From Bdellovibrio sp. (GTDB lineage: Bacteria > Bdellovibrionota > Bdellovibrionia > Bdellovibrionales > Bdellovibrionaceae): DNA of 64,000 nucleotides. The notes beneath the pieces are model-generated. The model saw nothing but the letters and a program-made list of their open reading frames with translations. It had not been told where the DNA came from and did no database searches. Positions 49,020 to 57,047 of this stretch are shown here, in pieces. The position numbers and the translations under genes are program-made. The stretch spans positions 800,001 through 864,000 of the forward strand of contig JAKFBS010000002.1 in assembly GCA_036677065.1 (NCBI GenBank), in the 5' to 3' direction. Within the stretch, counting starts at the first letter, position 1, and each line of letters opens with the position of its first letter.

Positions 49020-51083
49020 ATGTCTACAAATAAATTTATTCTGGTCTTTGCTACACTAATGCTGGCAGTTTCGGCTGTTAATGCTCAAAAAGCTGCACCG
49101 AAATCGGCTGCCACTAAACCTAAGATCACTAATCTTTCTCGCGTGAATGTTCCAAGCGAAAAAGCGTTTCAACCAAAAGATGTCAGTGTACAATTGCCTG
49201 CGACAAAATCTTTTGTTGAAGTGAAATACAAAACTATTCCATCACCAAGTGTAGTTGTTGTTCCGACAACAATTGCACCTATTCCAGTTGTGGAAGCTGC
49301 CAAAGTGGTGATTAAGCCTGAACATATTGCGCAAATTCCAATGGTTAAACCCGTTGATTTAGGTTTAGAGCCTATTCTTAACGAACCACAGCCAGAAGTG
49401 CAAAATCTAGTCGAAATTAAACCTGAAGAATACAAAATGATTCAGGCCCTAATTTTTATGGAACACAATAAACGTCATGACTTAGCGATGCCCCTGTTTG
49501 TTGAATTAATGGATGTACCATTGTACCAACAGCAAGCGACCTTTCACTACGCTGAAACGGCATTAGGTTTAAAATTATATTCTGAATTTCGTCAAAAAAT
49601 GCTGCAAATTTCTAAAGAGGCCAAAGATTTATCAATTAAAAAAATGGCCATTGAATCTTTAGTTAAAAATATGCAGCACTTGCCAATTTCAGATATCGAA
49701 ATGATCGATCCAGTGGCTAAGCAATTTGATGTCGACACGGTTAACTTTCCGGCTTACTTGCTGAAAAAAGCTAAATACTATTCTGAAAAAGGCGATTTAA
49801 AAGAATTCGAAAATGCACTGCTTTTAATTCCAACGGATTCAGCCGAGTATAAAGAGGGAACCCTTTTAAAATCAGTGCTTAATTACCGTCGTGGTCAATT
49901 AGACGAAGCCATCACTGAATTAGAAGTGTTATGGCCATCAGTTGAAGAAAAGAAAAAAGACCCTATCAGAAATTTAGCGGCTTTAACGTTAGCCCGTCTT
50001 AATTTTCAAAAAGGCGAATATAAAACAGCCTACAAATATTACCTATTAGTTGATAAAAATTCAGGCCAATGGCTACAAAGTATGGTTGAACAAGCTTGGA
50101 CTCAAATCTTAGCTAACGATAACATCGGTGCTGCAGGTAACATGTTTACCCTGCACACTGAGTTTTTCAGCAAATCTTATGCACCAGAGACTTATGTTGT
50201 GCGCACCGTGGGCTATTTAAATTTATGCCAATACGGTGATGGCGTACATATTCTAGAGGATTTAAATAAACGTTATAAAGCAATTCATGAAGGTTTAGAC
50301 GGTTATCAAAAAGCCAACACTCAAGGCATGGCTTATTATGATTTAGTTAAATCATTCTTAAAAAACACAAAACAAGAAAACTTTGACGGTGTTCCGCGTT
50401 CGTTCGTTGTTGAACTGGCACGCCACCCGTCTTATATGAACATTCAATCACAAATTAACTCTTACGAAGATGAGAATTCTCGCTTTAACAAAGTGACTAT
50501 TGACTTGATTCGCAAAGAGCGTGATGCACGCTTAGAAATGTTAAAAGCTAAAAATGAATTTACCGCCGCACAGCGCGAAGGCCGTAAAGGCGATAGCTTA
50601 CGTAACCTAGAGAAAAAATACTTATCTAAAGGTGTCGAGCATTTAATTTACAGTCGCGCGCGCACAGGTATTAAAAAAATGCGCGAGGCAGCTCTTGCCC
50701 GCCTGACGAAAGAAGAAAATACCTTACGCGAAAAAGCCGGCAAAAACTTACAAGCTCGCTTTGGTGTGTTAGCCGCAACTCTTGATCGTTTAATCGATCA
50801 ACAAGAAGTTTTAAGTTATGAAATCTATTCTGGAGCTGGCGAACATATTCGTTACCAAATGGCTGGTGGCGAAGCTAAAAACACGGATGCAAGCAAACAA
50901 CCTGCGTCTTTAACTCCGGACGATAAAGATAATTATGCCTGGAAGTTTAAAGGCGAAGTTTGGGATGATGAAATCGGTCATTACCGCTCATCATTAAAAA
51001 ATGTGTGTCCATCAGACGAGCGCACACCTAGCTCTGAGAGCGCTTCAACAGACACAGCCGAAGACAAAGAAAGCCATAACTAA
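49020..51083 (+). CDS. Exported TPR protein, GltC-like
   Basis: Signal peptide, Pro/Val-rich linker, LTLARLNFQ, VEQAWT, GNMFTLH..F...YAPE, YLNLCQY, C-terminal WKFKGEVWDDEIGHYR..C. Confidence 0.8.
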   Translation: MSTNKFILVFATLMLAVSAVNAQKAAPKSAATKPKITNLSRVNVPSEKAFQPKDVSVQLPATKSFVEVKYKTIPSPSVVVVPTTIAPIPVVEAAKVVIKPEHIAQIPMVKPVDLGLEPILNEPQPEVQNLVEIKPEEYKMIQALIFMEHNKRHDLAMPLFVELMDVPLYQQQATFHYAETALGLKLYSEFRQKMLQISKEAKDLSIKKMAIESLVKNMQHLPISDIEMIDPVAKQFDVDTVNFPAYLLKKAKYYSEKGDLKEFENALLLIPTDSAEYKEGTLLKSVLNYRRGQLDEAITELEVLWPSVEEKKKDPIRNLAALTLARLNFQKGEYKTAYKYYLLVDKNSGQWLQSMVEQAWTQILANDNIGAAGNMFTLHTEFFSKSYAPETYVVRTVGYLNLCQYGDGVHILEDLNKRYKAIHEGLDGYQKANTQGMAYYDLVKSFLKNTKQENFDGVPRSFVVELARHPSYMNIQSQINSYEDENSRFNKVTIDLIRKERDARLEMLKAKNEFTAAQREGRKGDSLRNLEKKYLSKGVEHLIYSRARTGIKKMREAALARLTKEENTLREKAGKNLQARFGVLAATLDRLIDQQEVLSYEIYSGAGEHIRYQMAGGEAKNTDASKQPASLTPDDKDNYAWKFKGEVWDDEIGHYRSSLKNVCPSDERTPSSESASTDTAEDKESHN

Positions 51084-51111
51084 TTTTAATTTTTTATAAA
51101 AGGAATAATTT

Positions 51112-51774
51112 ATGAAACAGACACAAAAGACAATTTTAACTTTAAGCGCAATCACAGCCATCAGTTTTTCTGCAGTCTTGGCTTTTGCTGAGCCATATTC
51201 AGCACAAACTGGATTAGAGAAAATCAAAATCAATGTTGAAACCGCAAAGGCTAATAAAGGCGATTACGAAAAAAACTTAAGCATGATCAACGGCAATATG
51301 TCTGAACTAGGCAAAGCTAAAGGCCAGGCACAAAAGCAAAAAGATTCAGTGAATTCTGAAATCGTAAACAATAACGAAGCACTTAAAAAAGTTGTTTTAC
51401 AAGAAAAAGAATTACAAGCCTTAATCACGGCTGAAGAAACAAAGCGTGCTGAAGAAGAAAAACAACTGAAAGAGTTAGAAAGACTAACTACGCAAATTGG
51501 TGAAAACCAAAAAAAGCGCGAACAAATCATTGCTGATTATAAAAAACAAATGGAGCTTGTTGCTGAAGAGAAAAAATCATGGAAAGGCCGCGAAGGCGAA
51601 CTGCGTGCGCAAGAAACAAAAACAATCGATGCCTTACGTGGTTTAGCTTCGCAAGAAGTAGCCTGGAACACAAAAAAGAAAACTTACGAATCAGAAGTTA
51701 AAAAATGGTCTTCAGAACTTGATAAACAACAAAAAATCTCTGAAACATACCAAGGTTTAAAAGAGAACAAATAG
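51112..51774 (+). CDS. Exported coiled-coil protein, last gene of the gliding operon
   Basis: Signal peptide ending LAFA; E/K/Q-rich heptads throughout. Confidence 0.75.
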   Translation: MKQTQKTILTLSAITAISFSAVLAFAEPYSAQTGLEKIKINVETAKANKGDYEKNLSMINGNMSELGKAKGQAQKQKDSVNSEIVNNNEALKKVVLQEKELQALITAEETKRAEEEKQLKELERLTTQIGENQKKREQIIADYKKQMELVAEEKKSWKGREGELRAQETKTIDALRGLASQEVAWNTKKKTYESEVKKWSSELDKQQKISETYQGLKENK

Positions 51775-51804
51775 GTAGGCCGTACCTATTTGGGATGCGA
51801 TGCG

Positions 51805-51832
51805 AAACCGCAGCTAATAACTGCGGTTTTTT
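51805..51832. terminator. Rho-independent terminator after the gliding operon
   Basis: AAACCGCAG-CTAATAA-CTGCGGTTT plus T-run; a second hairpin CAAATAGGTA-GGCCG-TACCTATTTG lies at 51768-51792. Confidence 0.8.
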
Positions 51833-52292
51833 ATTTCTGGGAAGCGACTCCCCGTTTGCACCAATTGATCTTTTCTTTAGTTTGGCCTTCGTAGGCGTAG
51901 GCTAGATTATTTTTAATCAAGGTCTCGGCAACATCTTTACCGTCGATTTTAACATCAGCTAAGATACGAAAATATTTATCGCGCTCGATATTTATTAAAT
52001 CAATTCTTTTAGAATTTTTAAGCATATTCTCAACTAAGCGTTTTGAAGTTCTTGCCATATCTTTTTCGCAAGGAAGTTTGCCTTTAATTTCTGGCGAGTC
52101 GATATGCTTTACGCGAATACTGATTTTTTCGCCAATTAAAGGGTGCACACCCGGAATATTAAAGGTGATCGTATCGGCGTCGTAATTTTTAAGATATTTT
52201 ACACACGCAAAAGAAGTTGCCGTGTGGGTACAGTCATTAGCTAAACTGCTCTGTGTTACTAAAAAGAAAAAAGCTGCTATTAATATTTTCAT
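51831..52292 (-). CDS. Secreted thermonuclease (SNase) family protein
   Basis: Signal peptide; YDADT, IRVKHIDSPE, RDKYFRILADV, LIKNNLAYAYEG. Confidence 0.88.
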   Translation of the reverse strand: MKILIAAFFFLVTQSSLANDCTHTATSFACVKYLKNYDADTITFNIPGVHPLIGEKISIRVKHIDSPEIKGKLPCEKDMARTSKRLVENMLKNSKRIDLINIERDKYFRILADVKIDGKDVAETLIKNNLAYAYEGQTKEKINWCKRGVASQK

Positions 52293-52336
52293 AAGAAAAT
52301 GTTAACATGCAGCTTTTATTTGAAAAGAAGAAAATA

Positions 52337-52936
52337 CTATCTTGGGCAGATTCTAGATGCGTCTTCTGCAGAAATTTTTAAATCATCAAATAACTGAAAT
52401 TTCTGAATACGTAAGATCTTGCCGTTCGGAACATTAGCAAACCAATAAGCCTGAGCTTGTTGTGGTGTCATTCCGCAGAATTGAATTAAAGCATAAGCAG
52501 CCATTTCACCTGATGCATGCCAGCCGTTCCAGCAGTGAACATACATTGGGCCTTTTTTGTTTTCGATAATGTCTTTTACTTTTGTTAAAAAAACTTTAAC
52601 CGCTGGGCGGCTTCTGGTATCAGGACCAAAATTTGTGTACTCAACACCATGAGTTGCACTTGGTCTTTTATCCCAACCATAAGGGTACATATACACAGAA
52701 GCTGAAAAGCCTTTGTCGGCCAAAGATTTTAAACCAGTTTCATTTAATGGAACTTGTCCGCCAATCGAATTACCACCGCGGTATAAAACACCCGGAATAA
52801 CTACGCGATAATTTCTTAAACCAGAAACCTTTTCATGAGTCGCTTCAGTGTTTTTCATAAGATCGTTTAACGACACTTGTTGAGCGTTTGCAGTAAAGGC
52901 GACTAAAAGGGTTAAAATTGAAATTAATGTTTTCAT
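52337..52936 (-). CDS. Secreted protein-tyrosine/dual-specificity phosphatase-like protein with a non-canonical P-loop
   Basis: AGGAG and ATG 52936, signal peptide; NYRVVIPGVLYRGG; PMYVHCWNGWHASG. Confidence 0.65.
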   Translation of the reverse strand: MKTLISILTLLVAFTANAQQVSLNDLMKNTEATHEKVSGLRNYRVVIPGVLYRGGNSIGGQVPLNETGLKSLADKGFSASVYMYPYGWDKRPSATHGVEYTNFGPDTRSRPAVKVFLTKVKDIIENKKGPMYVHCWNGWHASGEMAAYALIQFCGMTPQQAQAYWFANVPNGKILRIQKFQLFDDLKISAEDASRICPR

Positions 52937-53048
52937 AATTACTCCTGTAATAAGGATTAACTCTGCAAAATCATGCACTGTCTCAGATTGAGAATCAGGT
53001 CTTTAAAACTGATTAAATGAATTCAGGATTACTGGTTACTGTAAAACC

Positions 53049-53531
53049 CTACTGAGATGACAGAATTTGGTAGACACCGTCTGGCGAAAGCCCTGGTAAG
53101 CCGTTTAAGGCCTGATACGACGCAGGCCAAGCCTCCGAGAACACCATCGGCTTTGGAGCTAAACCCAAGAGCTTAGCGATTAATTCAGAACAATAAATTT
53201 TCTCATCATCCCAGATATAACCATGATCAAAGGGTTTACCCAGCAGGGCTTTTACTTTGGCTTCATCGAGTTCTTCAAGATTTGGCACTTCAAGATATTC
53301 GAGGATTTCGCCCATTTTCTGAATTTTATCAATCGTCACAAGCTCAACACCTCTGTAAGGATGAGCCTGAAGCCATTGACCTTTATAAGAAATCGCCGAG
53401 TGAGCAAAACGAGCCCCCGGTTCAAGTTGAACAACGTTACCGTAGTAATCCCGCATCTGAATAAATGCGACCATGACTTTGGCTTGCGCAGAAAGAGAAA
53501 ATAAAATAATCGTGGCCACGACAAATTTCAT
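53049..53531 (-). CDS. Second secreted permuted papain-like (YiiX/YebB-like) protein
   Basis: Signal peptide; FAHSAI, LGKPFD, IYCSELI, SPDG. Confidence 0.75.
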   Translation of the reverse strand: MKFVVATIILFSLSAQAKVMVAFIQMRDYYGNVVQLEPGARFAHSAISYKGQWLQAHPYRGVELVTIDKIQKMGEILEYLEVPNLEELDEAKVKALLGKPFDHGYIWDDEKIYCSELIAKLLGLAPKPMVFSEAWPASYQALNGLPGLSPDGVYQILSSQ

Positions 53532-53535
53532 AAAC

Positions 53536-54099
53536 TTACTTTACAAAAACTTTTTCACTTTGAGTAACTAACATCGCAGCCATTGTATTTTTTAGCAGGT
53601 CACCCAGTAAAAACGGATACAAGCCAGCAACGAATAAGCCTTCACGCGGAATAAAAAACGATAAACCCACAAGACCGAAAGTAAAAACACAAACGCTGCC
53701 AAGGTAGCTGGCCAGCAATGTTTTTTTAAATGATTTAGTCCAACCTATGTCACTTAAATAGCCCATAACAATAGAGCCCGCTAACATTCCAAATAAATAG
53801 CCGGTGGTTGGCCCGCCAATACCCGCTTTAGCGGCGGCAAAAACCGGAAGCCCTGCAGCACCTAACAGTAAATAACTAAGCACTGAAGCAAAACCACGTT
53901 TAAATCCCCACATCAACGCAATCAGTGCGACACCAAAAGTTTGTCCGGTGATCGGCACCGGTGTCCAAGGCAGCGGAATTGAAACTTGCGCCAATAAACT
54001 TAAAACGACAACACCGCTGGCGATAGCAGCCAGGTTATAGGTGAGTTGATTTCCGCGAGAGATAACAAAACGAGACACTAAAGCTTGTGAATTTTTCAT
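53536..54099 (-). CDS. bioY: Biotin transporter BioY
   Basis: PVPITGQT, YLLLGAAGLPVFA, GPTTGYLFG, PFLLGDLLK. Confidence 0.93.
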   Translation of the reverse strand: MKNSQALVSRFVISRGNQLTYNLAAIASGVVVLSLLAQVSIPLPWTPVPITGQTFGVALIALMWGFKRGFASVLSYLLLGAAGLPVFAAAKAGIGGPTTGYLFGMLAGSIVMGYLSDIGWTKSFKKTLLASYLGSVCVFTFGLVGLSFFIPREGLFVAGLYPFLLGDLLKNTMAAMLVTQSEKVFVK

Positions 54100-54193
54100 A
54101 GACTTTGGATCGTAGAAAATATTTCGGCGTCATTGTAGTAAAAAAAAGTAATTTTAGATTTCAATTATTGAACTACTAAACTATATTTCGCAC

Positions 54194-54640
54194 ATGAAAA
54201 TTACAAAATACCTTGATGCCAGCCCCGTTTTTGCCCTGAATAGTGCATATGAAACTATTGTGTCGGATATCAACCGCACTTTGAAATCTGAAGATTCAAA
54301 CTTACTGCAGGGTTTAGTTTTAACGGCACTTTTTTTTGAAGATAAAGACAGCATTACCCCGTCTCAGCTAGCCAAAGTGTTTCACACCAGCCGCGGAAAC
54401 ATCAGCCATATCGTTTCGCATTTAGAATACAAAGGTTGGGTTAAACGCATGGTTAGCCCCAAAGATGCCAGGCAGTTTCAGATTATTTTAAAACCTGAAG
54501 GTCGAAAAAAAGCACTTAAGCTTGTTAAATATTACGATAAAATTCAGGATCTGTTTGAAAACCATTTAGGAATAAATCACTGCAAGCAGACTTCAGAAAA
54601 TATAACCAAACTTAAAGAGGCTTATCTTACTTTCGGCTAA
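54194..54640 (+). CDS. MarR-family transcriptional regulator
   Basis: TPSQLAK..SRGNISHIVSHLEYKGWVKR..DARQ..LKPEGR. Confidence 0.85.
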   Translation: MKITKYLDASPVFALNSAYETIVSDINRTLKSEDSNLLQGLVLTALFFEDKDSITPSQLAKVFHTSRGNISHIVSHLEYKGWVKRMVSPKDARQFQIILKPEGRKKALKLVKYYDKIQDLFENHLGINHCKQTSENITKLKEAYLTFG

Positions 54641-56231
54641 AGCGACCCATCACTTTTTTGCCGATTTTACCGAATTCATTCGGAAACAAGCGCACGCCAA
54701 TGGCAAAAAATCCAACCAGCACTAAGGCAATGGTGACCGATAAAGCCAGAAACCCCGCCATATACCCATTTAAAATAAAATTTAACTGGGCAATAAAAAA
54801 CACAATCAATCCAACGAAGGCAAACTTCACAAGGCTTTGTAAAAATTTAAGATATGGAAAATCAAAAATTAAAAAATTATAAAACACTAACAACATCGTA
54901 AGATTTACTGCCGCCGATGTCGTCGTTGAAATCATCAACCCTTGTACGCCCCAACGAGCCATTAAGACCGGCGCCAAAAAAATATGAATCACTAAACAGC
55001 CACCCGATAACATCGCCGGAAACCATGTGTTCTTAATCGCATAATAAGCCGGCGTCAGAACTCGCACCCCGCTTGAAAAAACCATAATCCAGCAATAAGT
55101 TTTTAAAATTAAACTGGCTGTATGCACATCATCTGGCGTGAAGCGACCGCGGCCGAATAATAAATCCATAATCGGTTCGGCTAACACAAATAAGCCGCAG
55201 GCTGCGGCGATAGAAACAAATAAATTTAATTCTAAGTAATGTCTGGTTTGTTCAGCCATTTCAGATTTTTTATCTTGCACCCAGTATTTTGATAATACCG
55301 GTAATAACGCGGTTCCAAGGCTTACTGAAATTAACGACAGCGGCAGTTCAATCAAACGATCGACGTAATTAATATAAGAAATGGTTCCTTCTTTTAATGA
55401 CGAAGCAAAACGAAGATTCACGATCGTTGTAAATTGCAATAGCCCAAGGCCAACAAGTCCCGGCCCCATATTGCGAAAAACTTTGAGCGTGTCTTTGTTT
55501 TTAAAATCAAAAGAAAGCTTTGGAAAATACCCACAACGGCGAAGTGCTGGAATCAAAACTGCAGCTTGTAAAAATCCACCGATCAAAACACCCCAGGCCA
55601 ATTGTGTTCCATTATTTTGCGCAGCTTCTGACAACCAAGATTTTGGCCATAAAGTAGAAATCACCATCGCCAGATTCCAGAAAGTTGGCGCTAAAGCTGG
55701 CCAGAAAAATTCTCCGAGGGCGTTTAATATCCCCATAAAAAAAGCAAAGCTTGAGATAAAAAAGACAAAACCAAACATGATTTGCGCCATTTGTTTGGTG
55801 ATCAGGTATTTTTCAGTGTTGGCGATATATTCTGGATCTAAAACTAAATGCAATAAAGCATCAGATCTTAAAATGCCCAAAACTGTGATCACCGATAGGA
55901 TCATTAATAAAAGCGTGTACAGCGAATTGATCAGATTTTGGGCTCTTTCGCGGCTATCGTGATTGGCTTCGACGAAAATGGGGATAAAACTAACAGAAAG
56001 TGAGCCTTCACCTAAAAGCCTGCGAAACATGTTGGGAATCCGAAAGGCCGCAGCCCAGGCATCGGTAATTTGTTTATCAAATAGCGCAGCTAATAGACTT
56101 TCGCGTACGAGCCCTAAAGCTCTGCTCGTCATCGTTCCAAACGCCATCTTTAAAGCATTTTTAAGAATCCCTGCTTGCTTAGGTTTATTTGGTGTGTTAG
56201 CTATTTGTGTTCGTTCTGAAATGTCAGACAT
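54627..56231 (-). CDS. murJ: Lipid II flippase MurJ (MviN)
   Basis: SRALGLVRE, AFRIPNMFRRLLGEGSL, DRLIELP, ALLPVLS; divergent from rpsT as in many bacteria. Exact start uncertain. Confidence 0.93.
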   Translation of the reverse strand: MSDISERTQIANTPNKPKQAGILKNALKMAFGTMTSRALGLVRESLLAALFDKQITDAWAAAFRIPNMFRRLLGEGSLSVSFIPIFVEANHDSRERAQNLINSLYTLLLMILSVITVLGILRSDALLHLVLDPEYIANTEKYLITKQMAQIMFGFVFFISSFAFFMGILNALGEFFWPALAPTFWNLAMVISTLWPKSWLSEAAQNNGTQLAWGVLIGGFLQAAVLIPALRRCGYFPKLSFDFKNKDTLKVFRNMGPGLVGLGLLQFTTIVNLRFASSLKEGTISYINYVDRLIELPLSLISVSLGTALLPVLSKYWVQDKKSEMAEQTRHYLELNLFVSIAAACGLFVLAEPIMDLLFGRGRFTPDDVHTASLILKTYCWIMVFSSGVRVLTPAYYAIKNTWFPAMLSGGCLVIHIFLAPVLMARWGVQGLMISTTTSAAVNLTMLLVFYNFLIFDFPYLKFLQSLVKFAFVGLIVFFIAQLNFILNGYMAGFLALSVTIALVLVGFFAIGVRLFPNEFGKIGKKVMGRFSRK

Positions 56232-56251
56232 ACTTTACTGGAGGTTATACC

Positions 56252-56524
56252 TTGGCACAACATAAGTCAGCAGCTAAAAGAGCTCGTCAAGCCGTTAAGA
56301 AAAACGCTATCAATACAGCTCGTAAATCTACTGTTCGTACAGCTGAAAAAAGCTTATCATCAGCAATTAAAACTAAAGACGTTAAAGCTGCTCAAACGTT
56401 ATTGTCTAACTACGTTAGCAAAATCATGAAAGCCGCTCAAAAAGGCGTTATGTCGAAACAAACTGCTGCTCGTAAAGTAGCTCGTTTATCGACTCAAGTT
56501 TTTAAAGCTACTTCTGCTAAATAG
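56252..56524 (+). CDS. rpsT: 30S ribosomal protein S20
   Basis: GGAGG then TTG 56252; MAQHKSAAKRARQ...KGV...TAARKVARL. Confidence 0.95.
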   Translation: MAQHKSAAKRARQAVKKNAINTARKSTVRTAEKSLSSAIKTKDVKAAQTLLSNYVSKIMKAAQKGVMSKQTAARKVARLSTQVFKATSAK

Positions 56525-56565
56525 TAGAAATACTTTGAAGCTCGGCTCTGCCGACCGCTAACAAG

Positions 56566-56940
56566 CTAAAGCGATAATTTGAACTTTTCTTGTTCATGAC
56601 TAGTCCGAGCTACATAGGCTCGGATTTGTCGTTTTAGCGACAAGCTCACGTCTGTGAAACTTAATCCGTACACAGTGTGACCAGGCTTCGTGGTGAACCC
56701 ATCAACGGTGTTTCTCACAACCGCACGCAGGCAAAAGAATCCCCCGTTCGGGATATAAAAATTAACAACAATAGGACTATTCATATCTAAGGCCATTTCG
56801 GTTTGAAATGAAATGCCACCTTCGCCTATTTCTACTCCGCCAGTAACTTCTGAATACCCTTTACAGGTAAATGCCACAGGCTTTTTAAAGTGTGTGCGGG
56901 GATATTTTCTTTTCGGGGCTTCTTTGATATGTGCATTCAT
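56566..56940 (-). CDS. Single-domain PilZ protein
   Basis: RKYPR (RxxxR), EIGEGG, YGLSF..RQIRAYV. Confidence 0.8.
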   Translation of the reverse strand: MNAHIKEAPKRKYPRTHFKKPVAFTCKGYSEVTGGVEIGEGGISFQTEMALDMNSPIVVNFYIPNGGFFCLRAVVRNTVDGFTTKPGHTVYGLSFTDVSLSLKRQIRAYVARTSHEQEKFKLSL

Positions 56941-56947
56941 ACTGTAC

Positions 56948-56974
56948 TTATCGGTAGTCTAGATTCAAATCCTA
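56948..56974 (-). promoter_or_regulatory. sigma28 (FliA)-like promoter of the PilZ gene
   Basis: TAGG-N15-ACCGATAA, 7 nt before ATG 56940. Confidence 0.65.
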
Positions 56975-57047
56975 ATCTGCAAATTCAAACTAGACCTTTG
57001 ACTAGCGGTCTGAGCGGATGCGCATACCCTTTTAAGACAGTTTCGAT

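Noticed and set aside
55381..56265. 193-aa and 100-aa plus-strand ORFs
   Set aside because: Antisense to murJ.
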